Below, in pieces: positions 50,925-63,900 of a DNA stretch of 64,000 nucleotides (position 1 is its first letter; each line of letters starts with the position of its first letter). Made by a program: the position numbers and the translations under genes. The notes beneath the pieces are model-generated. The model did not search any database. It was given only the letters and a program-made list of their open reading frames with translations, and was not told the DNA's origin. This DNA is from Callorhinchus milii. Its lineage: Eukaryota. The stretch spans positions 133,674,001 through 133,738,000 of the forward strand of contig NW_024704742.1 of assembly GCF_018977255.1 (NCBI RefSeq), in the 5' to 3' direction.

Positions 50925-51244
50925 ATAATAATAATCCTTGCATTTGATATAGCGCTTTTCACGTCGGGAGGACGTCCCAAAGCGTTTCACAGAACACACT
51001 GTAAAGTGAATTGACCGTATATTTGTGGGTGAACGCGGCAGCCAATTGCGCACAGCAATGTCCCAAAAACAGTCGTAGATTGAAAATGACCAATTTATTA
51101 TTGCTTTTGGTTTTGGAGGGATTATTATTATGCGTGTGGAGTAAGGAAACTTGCCTAAGGTTTTGCCCTGACCTGCCTGGAATTGAACTCAGGTCTCCCG
51201 CTTGCAAAGCGAGTGCTCTAAACACTGAGCTACAGGACTCCACA
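50925..51244 (-). mobile_element. SINE type A, full length, inserted in an old CR1-like terminus
   Basis: Near-identical to 17893-18219; flanks rejoin as catctagttcgcc. Confidence 0.93.
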
Positions 51245-52316
51245 AGTTCGCCTTTCACCTTCCTGGGGGTCGCATGCACATATATCCCAAACTACCTATG
51301 TACTGTATCCCATAATGTTATTTCCTAAAAGAAAACTATCTAATCTGTGTTTGAAGGATAGTTGGCATTCTACTGTAAAAAATAAATTTAAATTCAGTTT
51401 TGAAAAGAACTAGGAAACAGGAGAAAGCAGCTGGGAAACATGTGAATTAAGAATGAGGATTCAAGTAACATCTGTGAAACATGAGGTTAAGATATTTAAA
51501 TGAATGCGTTCAGTGCTCTTATGCCATTAATTCAATGCCACTCATGTCCACACACCAGTCACGACACTATGCAGATGGAAAGCTGGTAGCAAATCGCTTT
51601 TCATCAACGATCAAGAAACACCAACTGCTAGTTTGTGTGAAAGATGACCTTATAAATAAATAATTAGGCACACAATTATATTCAGGCTGACTTAAACATG
51701 ATAATGACTCATTGCGAATTCCATTTCTGTGTCTTAATTGTCGTCATGGACCATAACCTGGAGTCTAATATGCAGATAGTTACACAAATTTCCTTTCTTT
51801 AAACAGAGCCTGCTTATGTCGTCCATTTGGTTAATTAGTCGCACCAGATGTAAAGACTCGGGATGAAAAGCAGTTATCAGACTGGCTCAGTCTTGTATCT
51901 GGGTCAGAAGGTTCATGGGTTCAAGCCCCATGTTGAGGCTTTTCAGACTTCCAGTGTTTGTCAATCGTTGAGATGCAGCATTGCTGGAGCACTGAACTGA
52001 TGGGATGATAACTGTTCTGAGGTTGATCTCAGTACTCTTATGCTGATGAGTTGAATGTTAAAGATCCCATGGCGCTGGTTGAAAGGAATCAAGTTGTTCC
52101 TTAAGTCAACAAGCAGCAGGAAGCTTGCCAGACAGTGCTTTCAATGTCAAGTTATGTGGTTTTAGCTAATTAAACACCAGAACTACACTAAAACATACTC
52201 TGGAGACCCCAAGTCTTGGCTCTTGCCAATATGTGCTCTCTGGAATTAGGTAAGCAGGATATTTTTCTCTAGGGAGAGAGTGCGCATTGAATTCCAAACA
52301 TCAGAATTTCCATCTG

Positions 52317-53282
52317 TATCATAGAATCATACAGCACAAAAAAAAGGCCATTCGGCCCAACAAGTCTGTGCCAGCTCTTTGAAAAGAGCAATGCAATGTC
52401 AACCCCACTCCCCAGGCTTTCCCCATAACCCTGCAAACTCGTCCTCCTCAAATACCCATCCACTGCGTTTTTAAAAGTTGTTATCGAATCGGCCTCCACC
52501 ACCCTTTCAGGCAATGCGTTCCAGATTCGAACAACTTGCTGCTTGAAAACATTTCTTGTCACCTCCCCTCTGCTTCTTTTAGAAACTATCTTAAATCTGT
52601 GACCTCGAGTCACCGACACACCCTTCAGTGGAAACAGTTTTTCCCTTTCTAACCTATCAAATCCCCTCATGATTTTGAAAATCTCTATTAGGTCTCCTCG
52701 TAACCTTCTCTGCTCTAATGAGAATAATCCCGGCCTCTCTCGCCTTTCCTCATAATCAAGGTCCCTCATTCCTGGTTCCATCCTTGTAAATCTCCTCTGC
52801 GCCCTTTCCAATACCTTAACATCCTTCCTATAGTGTGGTGCCCAGAACTGGGTGCAGTATTCTAACTGAGGCCTAACCAGTATTTTATATAGGTTAATCA
52901 TAACCTCTTGACTCTTGTACTTTATGCCCCTATTTATAAAGCCTAGTATCCTATATGCCCTTTTTACAGCTTTATCTACCTATCCTACCACCTTCAAGGA
53001 GTCATTTACCTGAACCCCCAGGTCTCTTTTCCTTCACCCCCCTTAAGATTGTATTACCAGCCTATATTGCCTCCCTTCATTCTTTCTACCAAAATTCATT
53101 ACCTCGCATTTCTCCACATTGAAATTCATCTGCCATGTGTCTGCCCATTTTATCATTCTGTCTATGTCTTCCTGCAGTTGGCTGCTATCCTTCTCACTGT
53201 TTACCACCTTATCTAACTTTATGTTGTCCGCAAACTTGGAAATGGTACTTGCTATACCCAAGTCCAGATCATTTATATGTAG
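52317..53282 (-). mobile_element. CR1 LINE 3' fragment
   Basis: SKFADNIKL, WQMNFNVEKC, LYKILVRPQLEYCTQFWAPH, LFSLEQRRLRGDLIE, VVRIWNALP; CR1-type (ATTCTATG)n terminus. Confidence 0.95.
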
Positions 53283-55451
53283 GTGGGATGCACGGAACTC
53301 TCAGTTAGGTTTGGATACTCCAAGCACGGTGATGGGTTTCTGCAAGTGTCAGACACCCAGCTGACCCAAATAAAACCTGATAAATTAATTTCTCCTTCCT
53401 GGCTGTCTATGGGACCTTGCTGCGTGCAAGTTGGCTGGTGCTTTACAAATAGGAAAACTGAATAGTGGCGTGCGTTTCAATGCATCCGGCGCAATAGCCA
53501 ACTGTGGTGGAAGCCACAGCCAGGCCTGAGCTCTCCTAATCCACTTGCAGTGCATTAATATGAAAGGGTGCTCCAGAGGGAACCAGTAGCTAGAACCCTG
53601 GCTGATTTTCCCCTCCCTAACCCAAAGAAGTCCAGATCAATTTAACCTCTCCATTGCAGCTCCCATTAAAACCAGAAATATTATCAGACCTGTGAGAGTC
53701 CTGTAGCTTAATGGTTAGAGCACTCGCTTCACAAGCGGAGGACCTGGTTTCAATTCGCGGGCACGGTAAAATGTTGGGCAAGTTTCCTTACACCACACGC
53801 CTCTGTTCATCTACTAGTAAGTAAGAACCTGGTTGTTAGTGGATTGGTGGATCGCTTCCCAGTGGTAATAATCCCTTCAAAAAAAAAGTTTGGTCACTCA
53901 ATCCATGACTGTTGGTGGGGCACTGCTGTGAGCAACTGACTGCCACATTTCGCCCAGAAAATTCACAGTCAATCCACTTTACAGTATATTTTGTGAAGCG
54001 CTTTGAGACACTTCAAAGATGTGTAGGTGATATATCAAATGCAAGGATTATTAGTATAATTTTTTAAAGAACAAGGTATTTGGATTAGACCAGAGAGCTC
54101 CACTGGTACCAGTATAGATTTAAAGAGAATTTTCAGTCATTAAGATTATAAATATTGAGAGAGCCAGTTTGGGAATTTTTTTGCTGATTTATTAAATCAA
54201 TAATATACATCAATAAGACTAATTAATAAAGGCAGAGACAACTCATCAATACCGATCAATGGTCATATAACTATTCCACAAAATCAGTTTGTTTTCAAAT
54301 TGCTTTATATTTCTGTTTATTTTCTGATAGATTTTTTCTTGGATTTTTTCATTTGAAGCAGTTCCTACAAAGACAAAACGTCTCAAAGCACTTCACGGAA
54401 AGTGCAGTGACTGTCTACTTATAGGTGATAGCAGCAACCAGTTTGCCCACATCAATGTCCCACAAACCCATGAAGTGAATGACCAATTTTAACTGTTGAA
54501 TTGTTAGCCGCAACACCTGGAGAAACTCTTTTCTTTTTTGACTAGTGCTGCAGGATCATTGAACAAGCAGATGAGACCTTTCGTTTAACTTCTCAGGAAT
54601 TTTTTTGTGACCCAAGAGGGTTAATTAGTCCAGTAACTCAGTGGTTACAGCACTCACCTTGCAAGCGAGAGACCTGTGTTCGATTCTTGCTGGGCAAAAT
54701 GTTGAGCAAGTTTCCTTTCTCCACACGTCTCTGTTTACCTAGCAGTAATTAGGAACCTGATTGTTGGTCGATTGGGGGATCGCTTTTCCGGGGGTAATAA
54801 TTCCTTCAAAAAAAAATAATGAATTGGTCACTTCAATCCACGCCTGCTTGTGGGACATTGCTGTGTGCAATTGGCTGCCGCGTTTCACCCACAAAATATA
54901 GTCAATTCACTTTACAGTATATTCTGTTGAAGCGCTTTGATACATCCCGAAGAAGTGATAATGCGCTATATCAAATGCAAGCATTATTATTATTAATTAA
55001 CGACTGGAACCTTAAAAGGGAGGGTGTTTGAGACCAGGACACTGGAGCACATTTCATCCATACTAACGTTGGGGTCTTATGATCCCACAATGGAGCAGTC
55101 CCACAGCACTTGAGTAGAATTCAATTGCCTTTGATAGAGATGCAGTTATTAACTCAGAGTACTTAAGTAATTCAATCATTTCCACAGTGCTATGCAAATT
55201 CAACCACTTTGCATCATCTGATTCAAAAACTCCTTGCCTTAAACCGTTTTCTCTCACCATTGGTGTCACTGGGACTCACTCTGTGAACGAGATTAGAAAT
55301 CATAGAAAAAGAGAATAAATTAATGTTGTAAGGGGACTGCCACCATACAAAAATGTTTTCAGCAAAGATTTAATAATCTTTGTGCGTCAACATAGTTCAA
55401 TCGGTTGCATTCCTGCCTGAGTCAGAAGCTTGTGGGTTCATATCACAACTT

Positions 55452-55768
55452 TGTGGAGTCCTGTAGCTCAGTGGTTAGAGCACTCGCTTAGCAAGTGAGA
55501 GACCGAGTTCAATTCCAGGCAGAGGGCGAAACCTTGGGCAAGTTTCCTTACTCCACACGCCTAATAATAATCCCTTCAAAAAACAAAACAATAATAAAAT
55601 GGGTCATTTTCAATCCATGACTGTTTGTGGGACATTGCTGTGCGCAATTGGCTGCCGCGTTCGCCCACAAATATACAGTCAATTCACTTTACCATATATT
55701 CTGTGAAGCGCTTTGGGATGTCTAGAAGACATGAAAAGCGCTATATCAAATGCAAGTATTATTATAAT
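55452..55768 (+). mobile_element. SINE type A, full length
   Basis: tgtggagtcctgtagctcagtggttagagc...aaatgcaagtattatt. Confidence 0.92.
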
Positions 55769-56002
55769 TTTGGGCTCCAAGTCTAAGATGACATTCCAGT
55801 GCAGAGCTGGGGGAGTGTTCATAATAATAATAATCCTTGCATTTGATATAGCGCCCTATCACGTCGAAGAGGAGTCTCAAAGCACTTCACAGAATATACT
55901 GTAAAGTGAATTGACTGTACATTTTGTGGGCAAAAAAAATTAATTCCTTTACACCTAAAACTCTGTGTGTTCGTGGCATGCCAGGAACTCTCAGTCTGAT
56001 TT

Positions 56003-57130
56003 CATAGAATCATAGAATTGTACAGCACAAAAAGAGGCCATTCGGCCCATCAAGTCTGTGCCGGCTCTTTGAATAGAGCAATTAATGTCAATCCCACTCC
56101 CCAGCCCTTTCCCCGTAACCCTGAAAACCCGTTCTCCTCAAATACCCATCCAATGCGTTTTTAAAAGTAGTTATAGAATCGGCCTCGACCACCCGTTCAG
56201 GCAATGCGTTCCAGATTCGAACAACTCGCTGCGTGAAAAAAAAAATTCTCGCCTCCCCTCTGCTTCTTTTAGAGACTATTTTGAATCTGTGACCTCGAGT
56301 CACCGACACACCCACCAGTGGAAACAGTTTTTCCCTTTCCAACCTATCAAATCCCCTCATGATTTTGAAGACCTCTATTAGGTCTCCTCGTAATCTTCTC
56401 TGCTCCAATGAGAATAATCCCGGCCTCTCGAGCCTTTCCTCATAATCAACGTCCCTCATTCCTGGTACCATCCTCGTAAATCTCCTCTGCGCCCTTTCCA
56501 ATGCCTTAACATCCTTCCTATAGTGTGGTGCCCAAAACTGGGTGCAGTATTCTAACTGAGGCCAAACCAGTGTTTTATATAGGTTAATCATAACCTCCTG
56601 ACTCTTGTACAACAGTTTTTGAAAGGGTATTAGATACATGTTATCATCTAGCTGGCTGCCACGTTGGCCTACGAAATACAGTCGCTATACTTTAAATCCT
56701 TCAAAATCTGTCTTGCTCATTGTAGTATTATATTAATTTTTTGAAGAGTTTGAATTTGGGTCTTCTAAATGAATTCTGATTTTGGTCAAATAATTTAGTA
56801 ATATCATCTACCCTTGGTATCTACCCTTTGTGGAGTCCTGTAGCTCAGTGGTTAGAGCACTCGGTTTGCAAGCGAGAGACCTGAGTTCAATTCCAGGCAG
56901 GACGAAACCTTGGGCAAGTTTCCTTACTCCACACGCCTAATAATAATTCTTCCAAAACCAAAAACAATAATAAATTGGTAATTTTCAATCTATGACCGTT
57001 TGTGGGACATTGCTGTGCGCAATTGGCTGCCGCGTTCACCCACAAATATACAGTCAATTCACTTTACAGTGTTCTGTGAAGCGCTTTGGGACGTCCTCCC
57101 GACGTGAAAAGCGCTATATCAAATGCAAGG

Positions 57131-57161
<31 letters not shown>

Positions 57162-57680
57162 GAAGCCTAGAATCTTATTTGCCTTTTTTACAGCTTAATC
57201 TACCTGTCCTGCCACCTTCAAGGATTCATTTACCTGCACCCCCCAGGTCTCTCTGTTCTTTTACCCCCCTTAAGGTTGTATTACCAGCCTGTATTGCCTC
57301 CGCTCATTCTTTCTACCAAAATCCATTACTTCGCATTTCTCTACATTGAAACTCATCTGCCATGTGTCTGCCCATTTTACCATTCTGTCTATGTCTTCCT
57401 GCAGTTGGCCACTATCCTTCTCACTGTTTACCACCCTATCTAACTTTGTGTTGTCCGCAAATGGAAATGGTACTTGCTATACCTAAGTCCAGATCATTTA
57501 TGTATATAAGAAGAGCAGTGGTCCTAATACCGATCCCTGGGGGATGCCACTACAGTTCCCTCCAGTCAGAAAAGCAGCCGTTCACCACAACTCTCTGCTT
57601 TCTGTCTTCCAACCAGTTCTGAATCCATGCTGCCGCTCTTCCTTTTATACCATGGGCATCTATCTTTCTTACAAGTCTTA
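56003..57680 (-). mobile_element. CR1 LINE 3' fragment, same subfamily as 52317-53282, split by a ~550-bp insertion (56611-57158)
   Basis: LYKTLVWPQLEYCTQFWAPHYRKD...; WIQNWLEDRKQRVVVNG; (ATTCTATG)2 terminus; colinear with the first copy on both sides of the insertion. Confidence 0.93.
56829..57159 (+). mobile_element. SINE type A, full length, long (ATT)n tail
   Basis: Consensus-like copy with an intact tail hairpin at 57080-57115. Confidence 0.93.
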
Positions 57681-57721
57681 CAAGATTTGGATGCATGGCA
57701 ATGGGTTTCCTCATGTACCAG

Positions 57722-57860
57722 ACATAACATAACATGTAGGAGCAGGAGTAGGCCATTCGCCCCTTCGAGCCTACCCTGGCATTCAATCATGGCTGATCTT
57801 CTAATCTAACTCCAGCTAATAACCTAACCCTGCCTTATCCCCATATCCCTTAATCCCTTT
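57722..57860 (-). mobile_element. CR1 3'-terminal remnant
   Basis: aggagcaggagtaggccattcgccccttcgagcc terminal hairpin region; similar remnant at 20732-20940. Confidence 0.7.
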
Positions 57861-58561
57861 TGCAATAAGTAATTGTTGCAGTTGACCCCCCAAAAATATT
57901 GTGATTCACTTAATTCATGGCTGTTTGTTCTGTAACAATTTGCTGTCACATTCGCCTGCAAAATAGAGTCTCTGCACTTCACAGTATATCCTGTGAAGTT
58001 TTGAGATGTTCCGCTTACTGATGTTATTTTACTCATGTCTTTGTGTATTAACCCTGTGTCCTTGCCCGTTTCCGAACACAATATCTTTCTCTTTTGTTTG
58101 CTCTCTTGCATTACAACAGCGTGTGAATTTAAAAACATGAGCATTCCACGGTTAACATTAACAGCAAGCCAAAAGCCTTCTGGGCGTTTTGCCCACAAAA
58201 TATACAGTATATTCTGTGAAGCGTTTTGAGACATCTCGAAAACCTGATAAGGCGCTATATCAAACGAAAGTATTATCATTATGATAATCCTTTTCAAAAT
58301 GCTCTACTTTCTTTTTACTAGTCTCCTTCTCCACATGGTTATACTACACAGCTATGACTGCATCCACTTGCCTCTAGCCCTAACTTGCAAATTATGGGGA
58401 TTTTATTTGCAAGATTTGTAAATGCTTGAATTAATGATGATATACACTGTACGCTTGCAATTGACATCCAACGAGAAATAAACTGAACTAATTTAATTTA
58501 TAGACAGCAGAATTTAAAATCAAATTTGTATTGTAATTTATTAAAAATAATTCTATTTTAT

Positions 58562-59180
58562 ACAACAAAAAACTGCATTTATATAGCACTTTTCACATCC
58601 GGAGGGAGTCCCAAGGCGCTGGACACTCAGTGGTTTAAAGGATGGAGTCAAGAGTGACGGAGAAGAAGAGAGGTAGGGGTGGGAGGACGACTAAAGCTGT
58701 CGTCGAAGAGGAAGTTGGAGTCCTGTAGCTCAGTGGTCGTGGAGTCCTGTAGCTCAGTGGTTAGAGCACTCGCCTCTCAAGCGAGAGACCTGGGTTCGAT
58801 TCCCAGCAGGGCGAAACCTTGGGCAAGTTTCCTTAGTCCACACGCCTGATAATAATCCCTCAAGAAAAAAAAACAATAATAAATTGGTCACTTCAACCCA
58901 TGACTGTTTGTGGGACATTGCTGTGCGCAATTTGGCTGCCGTATTTTCGCCCACAAATATATAGTTAATTCACTTTACGGTATATTCTGTGAAGCGCTTT
59001 GAGAGGTCTTGAAGACGTGAAAAGCGCTATGTAAAATGCAAGGAACATTATTATTATTAAAATCTTGAGGTGGGCCTTGAAGGAGGCAAGGGTGGGGACG
59101 AGGTGGAGGGTCTCCGAGATGGAGTTCCAGAGAGTCAGGGCAGAGATTGCTCCGATAGTAGAACTGGAAGGGTAGGTGTG
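58562..59180 (-). mobile_element. L2 3' fragment split by a younger SINE (58716-59059)
   Basis: gtcgaagaggaag and tcttgaggtgggccttgaagg are contiguous in other L2 copies (compare 3730-3760). Confidence 0.75.
58716..59059 (+). mobile_element. SINE type A with duplicated 5' end
   Basis: Head 22-mer present twice, then a normal body and tail. Confidence 0.9.
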
Positions 59181-60667
59181 CACAGTAATGTTCCAAAACA
59201 GCCAATGAAGTGAATGTTCAATTTTATCTGTTGGTCAGGGCTATGGGAAAAACTCCTCTTTCGAATTGTACCACCTGAACAAACAAACAGACAGACAACA
59301 TCTTGGCTTAAAGACTCCCAACAATGCGCAGTCCAACTCTCACTGTATTGGAGTAGCAGCTTAGGTTATGAGCTCAACGTCTTAACTTGGGGCTTGAATC
59401 CACAGATTTTTACAATGACGAATGCCATACAGCCCATCCGATCTCATCTTTCCAGAATACCTACCCTATTGTCCCCCATCACAGCATTAGGCTGGCTGTT
59501 TAAATGAGTCCCAATGTCCTGGGCATAATTACTCTTCCTGTCAAAATGATTTGACTGTACATTTTGTGAGCGAAACGCTCCAGCCAATTGCAAACAGCAG
59601 TGTCCCATAAACAGTTGTGGATTGAGAGACCAAATTATGTATTTATATTTTAAGGGATTATTACCCCCGGAAAAGCGATCTGCCATTCGACTAACAAACG
59701 GGTTCCTACTTACTGCTAGGTAAACAGAGGTGTGTGGAGTACGGAAACTTGACTGATGTTTCGCCCAGCCCGGGAATCGAACCCAGGTCGTCCCGCTTGC
59801 GAGGCGAGTGCTCCAACCACTGAGCTAAAAGACTTCACCCTCTGAATAAAGAAAATCTCCTGGTGCCTATCCTGAAATTGTTCTTGACATCTCCAAACCT
59901 CTATCCTGTCTGATCAAAGGTGATAGTGGTAGCGACTGAGCCAGGCTGACATCTAATCACATAACCTTTCAAATGACCCACATTTTGAGAAAGAATCAAA
60001 GAACAGATTTCATAAGAACAAGAAATGCTAGACGAGAAAAGGCCAAGATCCATCTAGTTCGCCTTCCACCTCCCTGGCGGTCCCATCTAAATTTTAATTT
60101 AGCTTTAATTGTCTTTTTGTAAATGGTTTGTTATTGACTGTCAAAGAAAGAGATAGTGAGTTCAGAAACTGGCAAGGGCACTGTAGTGATATACAAAGAT
60201 GTGAATAGTCTAAATGGTCGATACTTGTGGTGTTGTAGAAATTTGACTTATGAATGGTCTTTTTCATGTAGGGATCTGATGTATAAATCACCCTATGGAT
60301 TTAGTTACTAGGTGTCAGTGTGCCTCAGTCACAAACACTCTCGTCTCTGTGTTGGAAGCATGTGGGTTCAAGCCCCATGGCAGAGCTTTTTACACAAAAA
60401 CTCGGCTGACACACCTGGGAAGAGTTTTGGATTGTCAGAGGTGCCGTCTTTCGGATATGACATTAAAGCAAGGTCCTGTCTGGGTTGACATTGAAGATCC
60501 CGCAGCCCTATTTGAAAAAGAAGGGAATTTCTCCCTTGGGACGTCCTCCAGATGTGAAAGGCGCTCTATAAATGGAATCTTGTTGTTGTTGTTTGCCCTT
60601 CCAGTGACTCAAACTTAGCTGTTTGTGGGTCATTGCTATGCACAAATTAGCTGCCTTGTTCAAAGTG

Positions 60668-60999
60668 ATAATAATAATAATGATAATAATCCTTGCATTT
60701 GATATAGCGCTTTTCACGTCAGGAGGACGTCCCAAAGCGTTTCACAGAACACACTGTAAAGTGAATTGACCGTATATTTGTGGGTGAATGCGGCAGCCAA
60801 TTGCGCACAGCAATGTCCCACAAACAGTCGTAGATTGAAAAAGACCAATTTATTATTGTTTTTGTGTTTTTGGAGGGATTATTATTTGGCTCTGTGTGGA
60901 GTAAGGAAACTTGCCCAAGGTTTCGCTCTGCCTGGAATTGAACTCAGGTCTCTCGCTTGCAAAGCGAGTGCTCTAACCACTGAGCTACAGGACTCCACA
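60668..60999 (-). mobile_element. SINE type A, full length
   Basis: Near-identical to 27514-27827. Confidence 0.92.
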
Positions 61000-63900
61000 A
61001 CATATCAAATGCAATGATTATTATTATTATTTTCGAAATTCCCTATTAGTCTCCGAATAAACAAGTAAAATGCCAACTATTCAGAGTATTTTTAACATTC
61101 GAAACATGGGGGGGTTAATGAGATGAAGCAAAGAGTTGGGTTATTAACTCAAAATAAAGGGCAAAAGTAACAGCAAACAGTCTTCTATCATCTTATATTA
61201 AACTAGCTGATTATGAATATTAAATCAACACATTTTAATTCATGTTACAACATTTTTCAATAACAATGAAACAGCTGACTTTGCCTGAAAGCTCGGCGAT
61301 TGAGACATTAACAGATGGAGACAATACCCTAATTTAATTTTTCAATCAAGTATCAATGAAATGCACTTCAAATGATTTTATTCCCTTTGATTAAGCAATT
61401 AATGTTGAGTAAACCTCCTTTGGTAAGAAAGAGTGTGATGAGCTGGAGTTGGTACTTTGCTGGCTCCAAGGTGATGTGTTTGGCAACTCAATGTCAGTCC
61501 TCTGTGGTGATCTCGGTAATAATAAAACCACTTGCATTTGATATTGCACCTTATCACGTCTTCGAGACATCTCTCCAAAACATCTGTTAAAGAATCCGTT
61601 AGGCACTATTTCCCTAAACATAATAATCCTTGCATTTGATATAGCACCTTATGTCATTGAGACATCTCAAAGTACTTCACAGAATATACTGTAAAGTGAA
61701 TCAACTGTATATTTTATGGGCGAAACACGGTAGCCAATTTCACACAGCGGTGTCCCACAAACAGTTGTTTGTAAGTAAATAGACCTGGCATTTGGGGATT
61801 TTCCAACATTCACTGTTTAAAAAATCTGTCCATTAGCGTTCTCACTTGGCAGGGATTTGGAGAGCTTTAAATTTAATCTGAAAAGTGATTTGAGCCATTA
61901 TGACTCGCCATGTCTGATAATCTCTTCTCTCTGGATTGCGTGCTATAGGTAAGTTCCCAAGCATGTTGTGTATTGGATTTTAAACGCATTAAAACAAGAG
62001 CAGCATCTGCCCTTAGGATATTTCGAAAATCTTTCTCAAAGGTTGAATCAAAGCTAGATGTGTATTTGGCCACTTCTTAGAGGGAAATTGCATCGAGTTG
62101 CTTTCGTTGCTTTGGTCAGCCAGGTTCTTGATTCATGTGGAAACCCAGAACCATGCTTAAGACAATGGAAAAACAGCTTGATTATAGGCACTGAGACAGG
62201 GCAGCTCACTCCAGGGAACAGAATGAGCACCCAAACTACAGTTTCTGAACGATTTCATAAGAATTGCATACACATGTTTCTTAGTCACACAGTGATTGCA
62301 AAATCTCTTGGCAGTATCCCATGTTGGCAGTAAACCAGTACCTTTTGTTACTATTAATTCTGGGTTGAAAACAAGCTTTTGAGTCAAGGGATCTGGCGCT
62401 TTGGCACGTACAAACCAACCAAATTTGTGTTTGCTGGGCTCGAGCACTCAGGTTGCTATTAATACATGGGTTCTGCGCCTGTGCTCATTGACATTTTGCA
62501 GTTTGCACTGTGCTTCACAGACATTTAAGATTTGTTCTCCACCTGTGCAACAGACAAGCATTTGCAGAGGATGGGTCGTTAAGGGTGACGAGAAAAGAGC
62601 AAGGAATTTGGCTTAGGGTAGATTGAACCGCTGAAATGTTCAGCACAAAAAAAGGCATTTTGACACTTCATGTGTGTTCTGGCTCATTGAAAGAGCCAGA
62701 GCACTTGCCCCGCAAGTGAGAGACTAGGTGGTTCGACTCCCGGCAGGGTGAAACCTTGGGCAAGTTTCCTTATTCCGCATGCCTGATAATAATCCCTCAA
62801 GAAAAAAAGAATAAATTGGTCACTTCAATCAACGACTGATTGTGGGACACTGCTGTGCGCAATTGGCTGCCGTGTTTTGCCCACAAATATACAATTAATT
62901 CACTTTACCGTATATTCTGTAAAGTGCTATGAGATGTCGAGAAGACGTGAAATGCGCTACATCAAATGCAAGGACTATTATTATTAATCCATTACAATAA
63001 CAATAATAATATTCCTTGCATTTGATTTTGCAACTTATCACGTCATTGAGATGTCTCAAAATGCTTCACAGAATATAATGTAAAGTGGGTTGACTGTATT
63101 TTGTGGGTGAAATGCAGCAGCCAATTGTTCATTATCTGTCTATCTCTCCTTCGGATTAGAAAGCAACATTTACATAACATTTTAGATTTAAAAAATCCTC
63201 AAACAGTGTTTGATATACTGCATCATCTTTCATATCAGGAGAATGTGTTTCGCCCACACAACATGCAGTCAATTCACTTGACAGTATATTCTGTGAACGC
63301 TTTGAGACATCTTGAAGACATGATATTCAAGCTATATCAAATGCAAGGATTATTATTATGTTGCAACACGCTTCACAGGATCTGCTGTATGGTGACTATA
63401 TCTTTCAGGTGAACAAGGCAGCATATTTGCACACAAAAAGTCCCACAAACAATCTTGGAGTGAATGACCATTTTTATGTCAGGGAATGTTAACCAAGACA
63501 CCAGGAGAAACTCACTTCTCTTTTCATGGAGTGACATGGGATCTTTAATATCCACATGAACAGGCAGACAGGTCCTCGGTTGAACGTCTCACCTCTGAAA
63601 ATGCAATACTTCTCCAGCACTACATTGGAGTGTCAGCACAAGACTGAGACCCAACATGGGGATTGAACCCCCAACTTTCTGACTCAGGCTGACACAACAA
63701 GATGTTTAGTTTCCTCTTGCAAACTAATGGGACCTGTCTGGATCAACAGAGATAGATGGCTTCATGGGAGGAACAAACTACAACACTAATACAGTTCAGT
63801 CTTAATTTGGAAGCCGTTTTCCTCCACAGTTCTTAACCAGCTTCCGAATCAAGACTGAATTTGAGAATTTTCCACCATTCTGTACATCACTTAAATTGTA

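Noticed and set aside
52269..52901. 210-aa and 183-aa (56088-56639) minus-strand ORFs as host genes or a segmental duplication
   Set aside because: CR1 ORF2 C-termini; the flanks differ, so they are independent insertions
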